The position numbers and the translations under genes are program-made. Shown here piece by piece: positions 54,038 to 64,000 of a stretch of DNA of 64,000 bases (position 1 is the stretch's first letter; every line of letters begins with the position of its first letter). The stretch spans positions 7,080,791-7,144,790 of the forward strand of contig CM082596.2 of NCBI GenBank assembly GCA_040954595.2, read 5' to 3'. The DNA comes from Balanoglossus misakiensis. Its lineage: Eukaryota > Animalia > Hemichordata. The notes beneath the pieces were generated by a model. That model had not been told where the DNA came from. It did not search any database and was given only the letters and a program-made list of their open reading frames with translations.

Positions 54038-54733
54038 CTAAAAAATGATTATGGATGCATCACACATCATTATCAGGTGATGAGTGAAACAAGATAGATA
54101 TTTACCTCTTGCAAATCCTCCTTCCATTCCCACTCAGCATCATCCCAACCATCTGAAGAAAGATCAGAAAAAAGACAAATGTTTACTGTTCTACCAACTA
54201 TGGGGTCATCTGGGCAAATGTGGCCAGGGCTGAGGGGTCACTCTTAGCTTGGACCATGAAATTCGCGGGTGGGGGTGGCCGTGGGCGTGGCCACTGCAAG
54301 TTTCATGACCAAGTCTGCCACAGGCGCCTGTACCGTATACGACCGTATACGACACATCAAGTGTCTGCAGTCTATCATGCAAATATTGGAATGGGAGAAA
54401 CATCCACCAGTCCAGACAATACTGTATTCTTCATTGTAACAGAGTGAGGTCACAGCAAGCTTGAAGGGTCACTCTATTTCTCGTTGATTCCAACCCGTGA
54501 ACGACTGTAATAGTCGCAGTCTGGTGACACCTTGATGTGAATTATCGACTGGGGATACCAATACAAAGTGATGGAAGAAGCGTAGCAACCTCCGAATGAA
54601 AAGGATGCACCGTACCTGTAGTCGCAGAAGATGAAGCTGGAAAATCTGGCTCAACTACCAACTGCGGAAATAGGAATCGTTTGACGGTCTCGATGTCCTG
54701 GATGCGGCCAAAATTCGTCAACGTACACGACAT
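40553..54733 (-). CDS. RAB3GAP2: Rab3 GTPase-activating protein non-catalytic subunit, about 1438 aa
   Basis: 29 exons totalling 4317 nt: 54616-54733, 54106-54152, 53572-53698, 53246-53327, 52772-52895, 52246-52447, 51776-51874, 51491-51639, 51063-51142, 50649-50735, 50206-50345, 49585-49804, 48924-49147, 48322-48386, 47776-48021, 47053-47326, 46716-46813, 46291-46563, 45549-45755, 44964-45093, 44428-44598, 44036-44142, 43635-43701, 43354-43460, 42929-43003, 42425-42727, 41943-42137, 41081-41236, 40553-40696. Diagnostic peptides: [69 protein letters not shown], and C-terminal [12 protein letters not shown]. Confidence 0.95.
41710..41892 (-). mobile_element. Kolobok-like MITE family A, copy 3 (best preserved)
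   Basis: TTAA|AGGTATACAGTCACCT...AGGTGACCGTATACCT|TTAA. The internal sequence is the reverse complement of copy 1. Confidence 0.8.
44277..44362 (-). mobile_element. piggyBac-like mini-MITE (family C)
   Basis: CCCTTTCACCACCATG...GGGGTGGAAGGG|TTAA, homologous to copies at 45940 and 50522. Confidence 0.6.
44786..44851. repeat. (CA)n microsatellite
   Basis: Long AC dinucleotide run in a RAB3GAP2 intron. Confidence 0.95.
45188..45269. repeat. Near-perfect intronic inverted repeat (about 32-bp stem, 17-nt loop)
   Basis: TGGGCCATCCCGAGCAGAAAGGGGTCTTATGG ... CCATAAGACCCCTTTTCTGCTTGGGATGGCCCA. Confidence 0.85.
45318..45471 (+). mobile_element. Tc1/mariner(pogo)-like MITE (family B)
   Basis: TA|CAGTCAAACCTCTCT...AGAGGGGTTTGACTG|TA. 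The internal core (AATTGCACAGGGACTGTAACA.AGTGGCCACTATA) is shared with copies at 46883, 49931 and 57475. Confidence 0.8.
45940..46025 (+). mobile_element. piggyBac-like mini-MITE (family C)
   Basis: TTAA|CCCTTTCA...CCATGGTGGTGAAAGGG|TTTA. CCC/GGG ends with a TTAA target are typical of piggyBac. Confidence 0.65.
46883..47033 (+). mobile_element. Tc1/pogo-like MITE family B, diverged copy
   Basis: CAGTCAAA...TTTGACTG|TA with the shared internal core. Confidence 0.7.
49931..50168 (-). mobile_element. Tc1/pogo-like MITE family B, inverted copy with extra terminal fragment
   Basis: TA|CAGTCAAACCTGTG...CAGGTTTGAC and a further TTTGACTG. The core is the reverse complement of the 45318 copy. Confidence 0.7.
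50522..50606 (+). mobile_element. piggyBac-like mini-MITE (family C)
   Basis: TTAA|CCCTTTCACC...CCATGGTGGTGAAAGGG. Confidence 0.65.
53821..54036. repeat. Long (ATG)n microsatellite in RAB3GAP2 intron 2
   Basis: About 72 units with three TTG interruptions. Confidence 0.97.
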
Positions 54734-55248
54734 CACTGTATCGCGCTACCAACACATCGAACACATCAGTGGGGTGTTGTTTAGTGGAATTACAGACGGT
54801 ATTTCTCGGTGATATTATTATGTATGAACCATAGGATCTGACGTGTACTGTTGTTGACCGCAGAAGTCAAAGGTCACATATAGCGCCCTCTCGCGAGCAA
54901 AGTCTCTTATGCATGACACACTTTATTGTGCAGTGGAAATGTGGCCATTTATTCAAAAGTACTTCCCTTGGCTGGATAATTATATTCCATAATCATACCA
55001 ACGTCATTACTGTGACAAAATCAGCAAAGATTCTTGGTCGAAACCGACTGGAAGATTGTAATAAACACAACAGGACACACTTTCATGACGATGTAGCTTT
55101 CCCTTTTCTCATTCGCCCGTTGACCTCTGAGAGAGTCACATGATTCCAGCGCGGTCACCTGACGTGGTCCGCCATTATTTCACGTTCAGTTGTTTAACCA
55201 GGAGTCCGGGAGTACACTACAGCGATCAATTATGGAATTTTCTGTGAC
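54734..55248. promoter_or_regulatory. Bidirectional promoter between RAB3GAP2 and GPR137
   Basis: The divergent ATGs are 515 bp apart. Motifs: DR1-like AAGTCAAAGGTCA (about 54864), TCTCGCGAG (about 54889), GTCACATGAT (55135), GTCACCTGAC (55154), TGACGTGG (55160) and YY1-like CCGCCATT (55169). Confidence 0.75.
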
Positions 55249-58200
55249 ATGGAACTGACAACCGAAGAAGAGTTGCCTCTGAAAGATAAACTACGAATCA
55301 CGCCGTCGGAAGAGCCGCTCGGACCGTCATATTTGCCCGAAGTACAGCTTGGCCTGACCGTCGTTTACACAGCGCTGTATGGCTTTCTGTTTCTATTCAT
55401 CTACGTTCAACTGTTTCTGATCTTGTACTACAAGCACAAGCGGTTCAGCTACCAGACGTTCTTCCTGTTTCTGTGTTTAGCATGGGCAGGACTAAGGACT
55501 ACACTGTTTTCTTTTTACTTCCACAACTGCGACCTGGCAAATGATCTGGGTGTATTTTTGTATTGGTTGCTGTACTGTTGTCCTGCAATCCTGCAGTTCA
55601 TCACGCTATGCGTCTTGGTGATATATTTTGCACAGGTGAGTTACAACTTCTGTTATCAGAGGTTTAATTGTACAGTTTAGAACAAAATGATGTACAAATA
55701 AACATACATAATAATGTAGACACGTAATTGATGCATGTGGTGTCACATGATGTTTGTAAATTTGTGTAAGGACACAAATTTACAAACATGATCCCTCATG
55801 ATGTTATCATACACAACATGGTGTTCTATCCAACCATGATCATTTCAGAATCAGTGACGCACACGACAGTCAATGGGAACGCATATTCATGAGCATGCAG
55901 CGTGCATACCATGTGTGGGGAGGTCACTATTCATGAGGACAAGTTGTGTGTGACACTGGTTCTAAAATTACATGTACATATGTATGCACTGCCCCTCAAC
56001 ACGAATGCGATTGTCAAATTGTGTCCATTGTTGACATTCATGTTTGATTTGGTTTGACCACAGCTACTGTGATAGGTCTGTGGTTTACTGTGATTTGAGG
56101 TCGTGAAGTTGAAGGTTTGAAACAGAAAAAAATAGACAATCACTGATGAAGCCTTTATTAAAATATTGGTTGGGCACATTTTGTTGTATGTTGTAGCATT
56201 GTTCTTATCTGTCAGAGGACATAACCTTTCAACTTTGTGCCACTATTCATGACTACAGTGTATGAAACTTTCATTTACACACGAGAATTTAGGATAAATG
56301 GCAAGATTGAATGATTTGTGCTAGTTTATGAAAAACCAGGTCATGAATTTAGCCCATAATTGAATGAAGTCCTGAGTTCCTTAGAAGTTGGGGAAGAATC
56401 AAATTCAATGTTCTCATTGTGTATGTACATCATAGGTGTTAATGGTTTACTCTCCCTTGTACAGAACTAGAACACTTTTCCTTTGTACACTAAGATATGC
56501 ATTTTCTTTATTGTTTTTCAATGAAGCTGGCATAACACATCTCTTCACACTTTTAGGTGGTTTTCCGAATACATTATGAAGCGGGCAAGTACAGAAGACA
56601 AAAAATGCTGCTACGGATCTCTGTGGCCTTTGCTATACTTGTGTTTGTGGCAATGAACTTGTCCTGTGCCATCATAATCAGCCTGAACAAAGGCACCACG
56701 ATGAAGACAATGATAGAGACGCGGGTCGTTATCAACGGACTGCTGTTTGTGATTGTAGCGATAGCCTTGTCTGCTTGCATTTGGAAGCTGGCGAGGACGT
56801 CGTCATCAGCAAATGTACTACTCGAAGCTAGGGTAAGTCTGTTTGAAATTGTGTAGCTACACCTAAGCAAATTGAATTCTTTGGTGTGTAACATTCTCAC
56901 AGTATGTATTGCTGTACAATCCCATCAGAAAATCTCCACTTGGGAATCATTGGTATCTTCCATGTCATCAGCATCTCAGCGTCTGAGTGGAATGACCCCT
57001 ATCTGTCTGTCCAGAGGTCCACCCATGCCATTGAGGACAATGGAGTTGGACAAAACCATAGTATAGAAATGGGGGTGACAGGTGTTTTTCTGGCAGAATA
57101 TTCTTGGAGCAACTATGATTGAAATCCTGCATTGGATACTTTAAAAATCCTATGGAGGAAATGTAATTAACAATATGACAGTTATTTTTTCTTTCTTTCT
57201 TACAGGGTACAACCGTTTGTCAAGCTGCCACAACCTGCGTTGTGATTGTATTACTCTATCTTTCAAGAGCTGTATATAACTTACTTGCTGTCAGTCCTCT
57301 GACCATGCCCACATTTGGATTCATGTGGATTAACGTGTCAGATCAGGTATGACATCACTTTGCCAATTTGGCGATGTTTATAATATAAAAACAGTGAAAC
57401 CTGTCTATTAAGGACACCCCTGGAACCAGAAGATATGTCCTTTATTATAGAGAGGTATCCGTAATAGACCGGTGCAGTCAAACCTGTCGATAGTGACCAG
57501 TCCAGAGACTTTCCTAAACTGGCCTTTATAGACAGGTGGTCTTTATAGACAGGTCAAATAATGCACATGTCAATTGCACAGGGACTGTAACAAAGTGGCC
57601 ACTATATAGAGGTGGCCGCTATATAGAGGTGGTCACTAACACAGGTTTAACTGTAATATTCTATTCAAGCCGTGACTTTTGTCTTGAAAAATGTACTGGA
57701 ATTCATGGAAGTGACATCCATTAGATTTCAGAGAGTGAAACCAGAACATAGACTATTCTTTGTTCACGGTGGAAGAAAATCTCAAAATGTACGAGTGAAT
57801 GGCATGAAACTGAAAAACCCAGGGTTGCACTTATCGCTATCGATTGTTTCTTTTTTCAGGCTGATGCGGTCACGTTAGAAGGCTACAAATACATAACGTT
57901 TGGGGTTGTGTTGTTTGTGTGGGAGTTTCTGCCAACTCTGATTGTGGTCATATTCTTTCGGGTGAAAAGCCCGACGCCTTCACCCATCATTGTAAGTATC
58001 ACTTACCTCGGGTGGAGTTGTTTCTAATCTGGCTTGGCTATTCTGTCAAAACCCAGTCTAATGTCGGGTGTGGTAGTGATTAGATCAAGGTTTCTTATTT
58101 AAAGTACTTAGTCGCGAGTTGATGATTGCTGTTTCGTCAAATTTCCATCACAGTATTTTATCCATCCTTTGAAACAAAAGTGACATGCTGTTATGACATA

Positions 58201-59080
58201 CATGTGTTTTACAAAAAGATGACAGTCAAAATTGGACTAGATACCTTCTTATTCAAGTGTACTAACCAATTACAATAGACATGCACTGCACTAATGAGTA
58301 TAATAATATTGACATAACCATAGTTTGGTGCTAAAACATGAATATTATGTAAACCACTACTAACTAAGGCTTTTTTGAAATTGAATTGTGCAATTCATTT
58401 TCTTAGAATATGTTGTCTTTTGATGCTGTAATTTTAACGTGACTTCCATCACAAAGCCTTTCTTTTTCTCACAGACATCGCCGGGCATTAGTCCCCACCA
58501 CAGTTACCACGACAGCCGCGCATACTTCTTTGACAATCCAAGGCGCTATGATAGCGATGACGACCTGTCGAAAAGCAATACGCCCAGAGACATGTAAGTA
58601 TGGCTGTGTTGATGAAGTCCATACTTTGATTCATGTACAAAGTTTGCTCACAATAATGAATTCAAGGTAAGATGGTGAAACATTTTCATGGGAAATATTG
58701 TTTCGCGTGTGGTCATTAGTGGTAAATGTCACAAGGGTTCAATTTATTTAACATCAGTTTCACTATGAGTTTACCATTTGCTGGATATGTCTATCATTGA
58801 GCTGCATGTTTGGGCGTTCGTTTATTTTTTGTTTCATTTTCATTTCATTTTATTTAAAAAATCACAGCATAGGTCATTGTTTGTTCTTTGCAGTCACTAT
58901 GATATTCCGTCACTTCCCAGAACCCCCATCAACAACACGCCGGCCGACCGGGGCTACGGCACCATCACCCGGAGCAGCAGTTATCCCTCGGGTCAGTTTT
59001 CCGTCATCCCGGGGACCACGCCTCCGCTGCTGTTCTCCTCGGGGAATGTCTCCCTGAGCGGCTATGCAGTCAACGACTGA
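55249..59080 (+). CDS. GPR137B: Lysosomal 7-TM integral membrane protein GPR137/GPR137B (TM7SF1) orthologue, 413 aa
   Basis: Exons 55249-55635, 56557-56832, 57206-57346, 57860-57991, 58475-58593, 58894-59080 (1242 nt). Motifs: YKHKRFSYQTFFLFLCLAWAGLRTTLFSFY, YWLLYCCP..LQF, NVSDQAD, VWEFLPT, SRAYFFDNPRRYDSDDDL. Confidence 0.95.
57392..57653 (+). mobile_element. Tc1/pogo-like MITE family B, composite copy in a GPR137 intron
   Basis: CAGTGAAACCTGTC at 57392 and a second left end CAGTCAAACCTGTC at 57475. The right end is ACAGGTTTAACTG|TA. Confidence 0.7.
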
Positions 59081-59577
59081 ACATTCGACGGGCGCGTAAA
59101 TTTTGCCGGTCGGTGACTGGACACTGAGTTGACCGGCGGTCATTTGACCGCACACAGTTGCGAAGTCTCGACACTTCATGGATATGCAATCACTGACTGA
59201 CTGTCGGTGGCTAAACACTGATTGAGTTAAACAGCACCTTCCTGAAAAGCTGAAGGATATACTGTGGATTGATGATAAAACATGGAAGGAATATGCAATC
59301 AATGATTGATTGGACACTGAATGCATACGTAGTCAAGGACTGAACATGAATGATGTTGTGGAGTTCTTAAAAACTGGGTGTGTATGCGCTCAGTGACTGA
59401 ACACTGAATTGGTGTACAGTCATTGACTGCACATTGAATGGGTGTAGTCATTGACTGAATATTGAATAGGTGCAGTCATTGACTGAACATTGAATGGGTG
59501 TGCAGTCATTGACTAAACATTGAATGGGGGTGTACATTTATTGACATCACAGATTGGGTGTGCACGCAGTCATTGAA
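59075..59577 (+). repeat. Degenerate 28-30 bp minisatellite in the GPR137 3' UTR
   Basis: Unit CAGTCATTGACTGAACATTGAATGGGTGTG. There are 4-5 good copies at about 59390-59535 and diverged copies back to the stop codon. Confidence 0.75.
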
Positions 59578-62500
59578 TCTCGGCAGCTTTTGAGTATGTA
59601 GCCACTGACTACATACTGCAATAAAGTGGAAGAAACACTATCACTTTTTTTAAAAAGTCCAATTTGAGATCTGTCAAAAGAAATTGCGGCCATTTTGTTA
59701 TCTGGTACCTTGACCCCATGATCAAGTCATTGGTGGACATTTTCATTGTAGTCGACATAGAGTGACTGGCATTGACTTGATTTTGATCAATCAGCCTGTT
59801 CCATCGTCCCCTCAACAAATAACGGCATTTTTGTCACATGGCATGAGTTTGATTCAGTTTCAAATATCAGAGACCAAATTTTTATTCACTATTTATTTCA
59901 TTTGTCATAAGTTAGGGAATTTTCAAGCACTAACCTTACCATACATGTAAGTTTGTTTCATCCCACCATATCGCATGAAGTTGGTCGTCAGTTCAAATAA
60001 TGCTATTTACTAAAACCTTAAAAAAATGTGAAGGTTGTCGTTAATCTTGCCATGTGTCACGGGTCGTGACATGAATCCAGTGTATCATATTCCACAAATA
60101 TTAAAATATGTAGGGTTATTCAGCAAATATGGGCATGTATGTATATGGGTTTTCCCTGTGTGACATATTGGGTGCGCTGTAAGCAAGTTCAATACTTGCG
60201 TGCAGAGCCTGGATCCACACACGACAGTATTTTGTGTATTGTCCCATTATTATACACCTAAAAGTTAAATTTTCATTTATGTTATTTTACGATAAATTTG
60301 GGAGGGCAAGAAAACTCCCTCGGTTAAAAAGTGGGGTGTGAGGACTGAAATAAAAGAGTAAGTTGTAAAATTATGCAAATGATTAGCACACACACATCCC
60401 TAAATAGAACGCTTCAGTCACAGGGACTTGGACACGTCGGCCATATTGGAACTCTGTGCCCTCATTTGCATACTTATTATACAGTGCAGACAGTAGACCT
60501 CCAGGTTATGGGTGGTCAGAAGGAAAGTTTTATAGGTTGTTTTAAACTTAATTGTTTCCTAATGACAAAACCATCACTTTTTATTGTCATTTATTAAATT
60601 TACATAGTTATTTTCCCCATGCTTATCCTTTAACCCCCACCAGTTATAAATAAGTAGTTTTCTACAGACCAAAATCTCATTTACAAGGTCACTCAAAACG
60701 TTCACCTTTGAGGAAAGTATTAACTGCATGTTATGTTAATTTCAGTCGTTGTGTTAATTTTCATTTTTATTCCTAAAATGCTGGTCAGGTATAAACACTT
60801 CACATGCAATAAAACAGTTGAAAGTACGATGTTTTATAGTTACTACTTTTTGCAAATAGCTCGAATATTAGATTCAGATTCCTATTTTGGTAACTTTTGT
60901 GCAAATATGTGAATAAAGACAATGCATGATATACACGTGACTGTCACTTGTGTTTTGTGTGCCATAGAATGTCCTTCAAATAAACTCCACACATTTTTCA
61001 GCTCATTTACGGTGAACGGACATATTCACACGCAAATGCACACACACACATATACATGTATACATAAATTCCTACATACAAAGTATTCTGTGCATTTGAA
61101 ACTGTGCCAGGGATTAAACCAAAGTGCATTGAACTTTCCAGTACATTGTATTGCCTTGATAATAAATCAGGAAATTGAAAATAAATACACCCAGCCAAAT
61201 AATTACATAAAGCAACAAGTTTAATAATCATTAAAAATGGACATTGGTGCAAAAAAGCACAGTCAACTTCAATTACATTAAAACACAATAGGTTCACTAT
61301 ATTCACTATATACATGTACATTTAAACTTTATCACCAGGATTAAAATAATTAATATCAAAGTACACACGATTCCTGATAGCACTGTTAAATGGCACACAA
61401 AGGATCACTGATTTTCTCATAAATATATTGTACAGTTACGTTGCCCAGCATATCCAATATGGCACGCATGGAACTGAAAATTCACGATAAATTTGCAATG
61501 TGGCAATTCACCTGCCATGAAAGTGATGCAAGAACTGGTTATAAAAATTTGCATTTGGCTAAAAATAGAACCATGTGGGGTTGGTCCTACGATACATAGG
61601 TACGTACACTCATAGACACATCTGAAACAAGGACTCCATGCTAATTTTCATACATATATGTACATACAGGACACAAGTGATTCATGCTAATTTGCATACA
61701 TATGGGACACTGCACTGAACTTCACTATAGAACTCTAGGTCACAGCAATAAATGGATTCAGTCAAAATAAAACATAAAGCATGATTTAAAGCCAATTGAC
61801 ATGACATGCTTTAATTTTATGGTGCATGAATTATCTGTAGAAAAGCTAGACTTGCTCCAAGTCTATGGGCTGTGTAGGGAACGTGTCGGCCCATAGACGC
61901 TTGGTCGACGCTACCCGTAACCACAAGCTCAGTCGCAAATTCGAAACTCGCCTCACTACCAAAAACACGCTTAAGGCAAGCATGCATGCAAAAAGTATCG
62001 AGATTATTTATTACGACAAAAAACCACCGAAAACACAAAAAGTATTGAGATTTAAAAATCACCAAGCGACTAGTGGGCTAGTCTATAGAAAAGCTGAAAA
62101 GTCGCAATTATTTCAGGGGAAATGAGCACTCAGAAATGAAAGAATATTCTCAAAGCTCTGGCAATAAAATCTTACAAGTAAAATCTTCTGGTGAAGTCTA
62201 TATACAATTCTATATACACAATGCAGGTATCGGGTAGAATGCTGATAACGGTTCATATTTTCAGTTTAAAGTAAAAGTAGCAGCTTCAATAAAAAGTTCA
62301 TTCTTTGAAATAAACTTGCATCAGGTACACTTGAAAATGTACAGCAGTAGAGTGAGAAAGAATTTAGTGGACAATATGCCCAATGTCAAAGCTGTATGTA
62401 ATGTTAATGCCCACACATATCTATACTGAGGTGGGGGACTCAAAGCCTCATAGCAAGGGTGGGGTGGGGTAGGGGTGGGGGTTGAGTTGACTGACAGAGA

Positions 62501-62817
62501 ACGAATGCACAGATTTTCATCTTCAAAGCCCCCACCCCCTCCCCTCCCCACATATTTTTCTTACTTCGTCACCTTATTTGTTACCAAAGTTCCCTGTGGT
62601 CTTTTGCCCTGGTGGGATTCTTCCAGATAACCTTGGTGCCTTTCAGAATAGTTCTAGTAATATTCGTAGTTTGAGTTTATCACAGAAGCATTACCAGGGA
62701 CTTGAAGGACTAGTAAGCGACTTCTCTTACAAAATCAGCACCACAATGACAATACTAAACACACACACAAATTTACATTCCCCCATCATCGCTGCATCTA
62801 CCATACTTTTCCTGTTT

Positions 62818-64000
62818 CTACCTGTCGGGGTCACTGTACGGGAAAACTTTCACGACCTGACCAATTCCTTTGGTTCTGCCTTCGCGGAACAGTAATCTGG
62901 CTCCCTCCCGCACGTATTCCGGATGCTTGATGAACCGGAAGGTGACTCTGGCCTTTTCGTTGGTCTGTACACTGGACTGTGGAAGGGGAATGAGATGGTG
63001 ACATCGTGAACTGTTGTGCTGTTTTATACAATGGGCCTTGTGTCGTGTGTCACAAAATGCCCCTACCCTAATATAAATTCTATTACCGGTAGTTCAGTGT
63101 CTACACTGATCAGAAACACATTCATGATACAGTCACACTGCTACTGAAAGTGAAGGGGTTGTCGCGCCGCGTTTGTTTGTTTATAAACATCACAATCCAT
63201 CCACAAATCCCTGAAATTAGATCATTCTTAGAGTGAACGAAGCAGCCAACTGTAGCGTAGACTGGGCATGACAGCGGCTGAAGATCCTAGCAGGTCGTGG
63301 CGACTGCAGTGGGTTTGTGCTGGTACGGGAGGACATATTCTCATTGAGGGGGACACCCACGCGGCGAGACGACCGCTTCCCTTGAAGTGATTTAAAGAAA
63401 AGTTGGGCCTAAAAACCACAATTTGACTGGACCTACCCTATCAATGTGCTCCAACACAGCTGTCTGGCACACGCTGCCGATGTGAACTGTCGTCTGGAAT
63501 CGGGTGGTGATCGCCGTACAGTGGAACAGCACGTAGACGTCCGCCTCGAAGGACACACAGGACTGGGGCTTGGCGTCCGGGCCAACCATGACCATACCCT
63601 AAAAGTTCAGACAGTCAAAATAAATCAAGAGTATTCCATCAGTGGCTGTGTCAAAATACATCTGACAACAAAATTACTGTCTACATCTATGACGATACAA
63701 GTAAAATACGACAGTGCAGTGGTACAAACAACAGTCGGTTGCTGGAACTCAAATCGCCCACTTTCTCCGCATTCGGCCATTTTCTATCTTCAATCACCGA
63801 TTCTCTGCCGGACCGCACTGCAGGTCTAAACTGAAGCATATATCACCTGGAAACTATTCTACATTGTATACCTTTCTCAGTGTGATCTTATCATAGTCTC
63901 CCAACGCCAACGTGCCAGCCTGTGATGGCCTCATGATCCGACACGCCGATCTGTTCCTGTGAACTGAATTGACCTTCACGGGTAGGAAGTCGCCATTTTC
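62818..64000 (-). CDS. GTPBP2: GTP-binding protein 2 (translational GTPase), C-terminal three coding exons; the gene continues off the window
   Basis: Exons 63872->64000 (SVHRNRSACRIMRPSQAGTLALGDYDKITLRK), 63437-63598 (GMVMV...FEADVYVLFH...FQTTVHIGSVCQTA) and 62818-62976 (EKARVTFRFIKHPEYVREGARLLFREGRTKGIGQV...*). All junctions are phase 0 GT-AG. Confidence 0.93.

Noticed and set aside
53770-54048. Poly-Met ORF
   Set aside because: It is the translation of an intronic (ATG)n microsatellite.
59390-59577. CRISPR-like array of ~29-bp palindromic repeats
   Set aside because: Units are directly adjacent with no unique spacers, there are no cas genes, and the context is a eukaryotic 3' UTR.
63228-63419. 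Alternative coding exon of GTPBP2
   Set aside because: It shows no similarity to GTPBP domain III, and the flanking exons already join in phase to give a complete C-terminus.

Overview
This is eukaryotic, intron-rich, AT-rich DNA. The gene set and architecture suggest an invertebrate deuterostome such as a hemichordate or echinoderm (inference). Splicing exons by hand gives six protein-coding genes. Two are tandem 3-exon Ly6/uPAR (three-finger, 12-Cys LYPD6-type) paralogues on the + strand. The others are a 24-exon EF-hand/WD40 gene of the EFCAB8/WDR49/WDY family (+, about 1289 aa), a 29-exon RAB3GAP2 (-, about 1438 aa), GPR137/TM7SF1 (+, 413 aa, head-to-head with RAB3GAP2), and the last three coding exons of GTPBP2 (-). 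A further gene probably starts near 3700 and runs leftwards off the window. Non-coding DNA carries several MITE families (Kolobok-like, piggyBac-like, Tc1/pogo-like), foldback hairpins and microsatellites. The most notable observations are: (1) Ly6 paralogues that read through the GPI signal into cytoplasmic tails; (2) RFX X-boxes inside coding exons and carried by a MITE together with a CCAAT box; (3) a CLEAR/M-box-like bidirectional promoter shared by two autophagy/lysosome genes; (4) a GC-AG intron; (5) a palindromic minisatellite starting at the GPR137 stop codon. Family assignments are from recalled protein motifs, not database searches.
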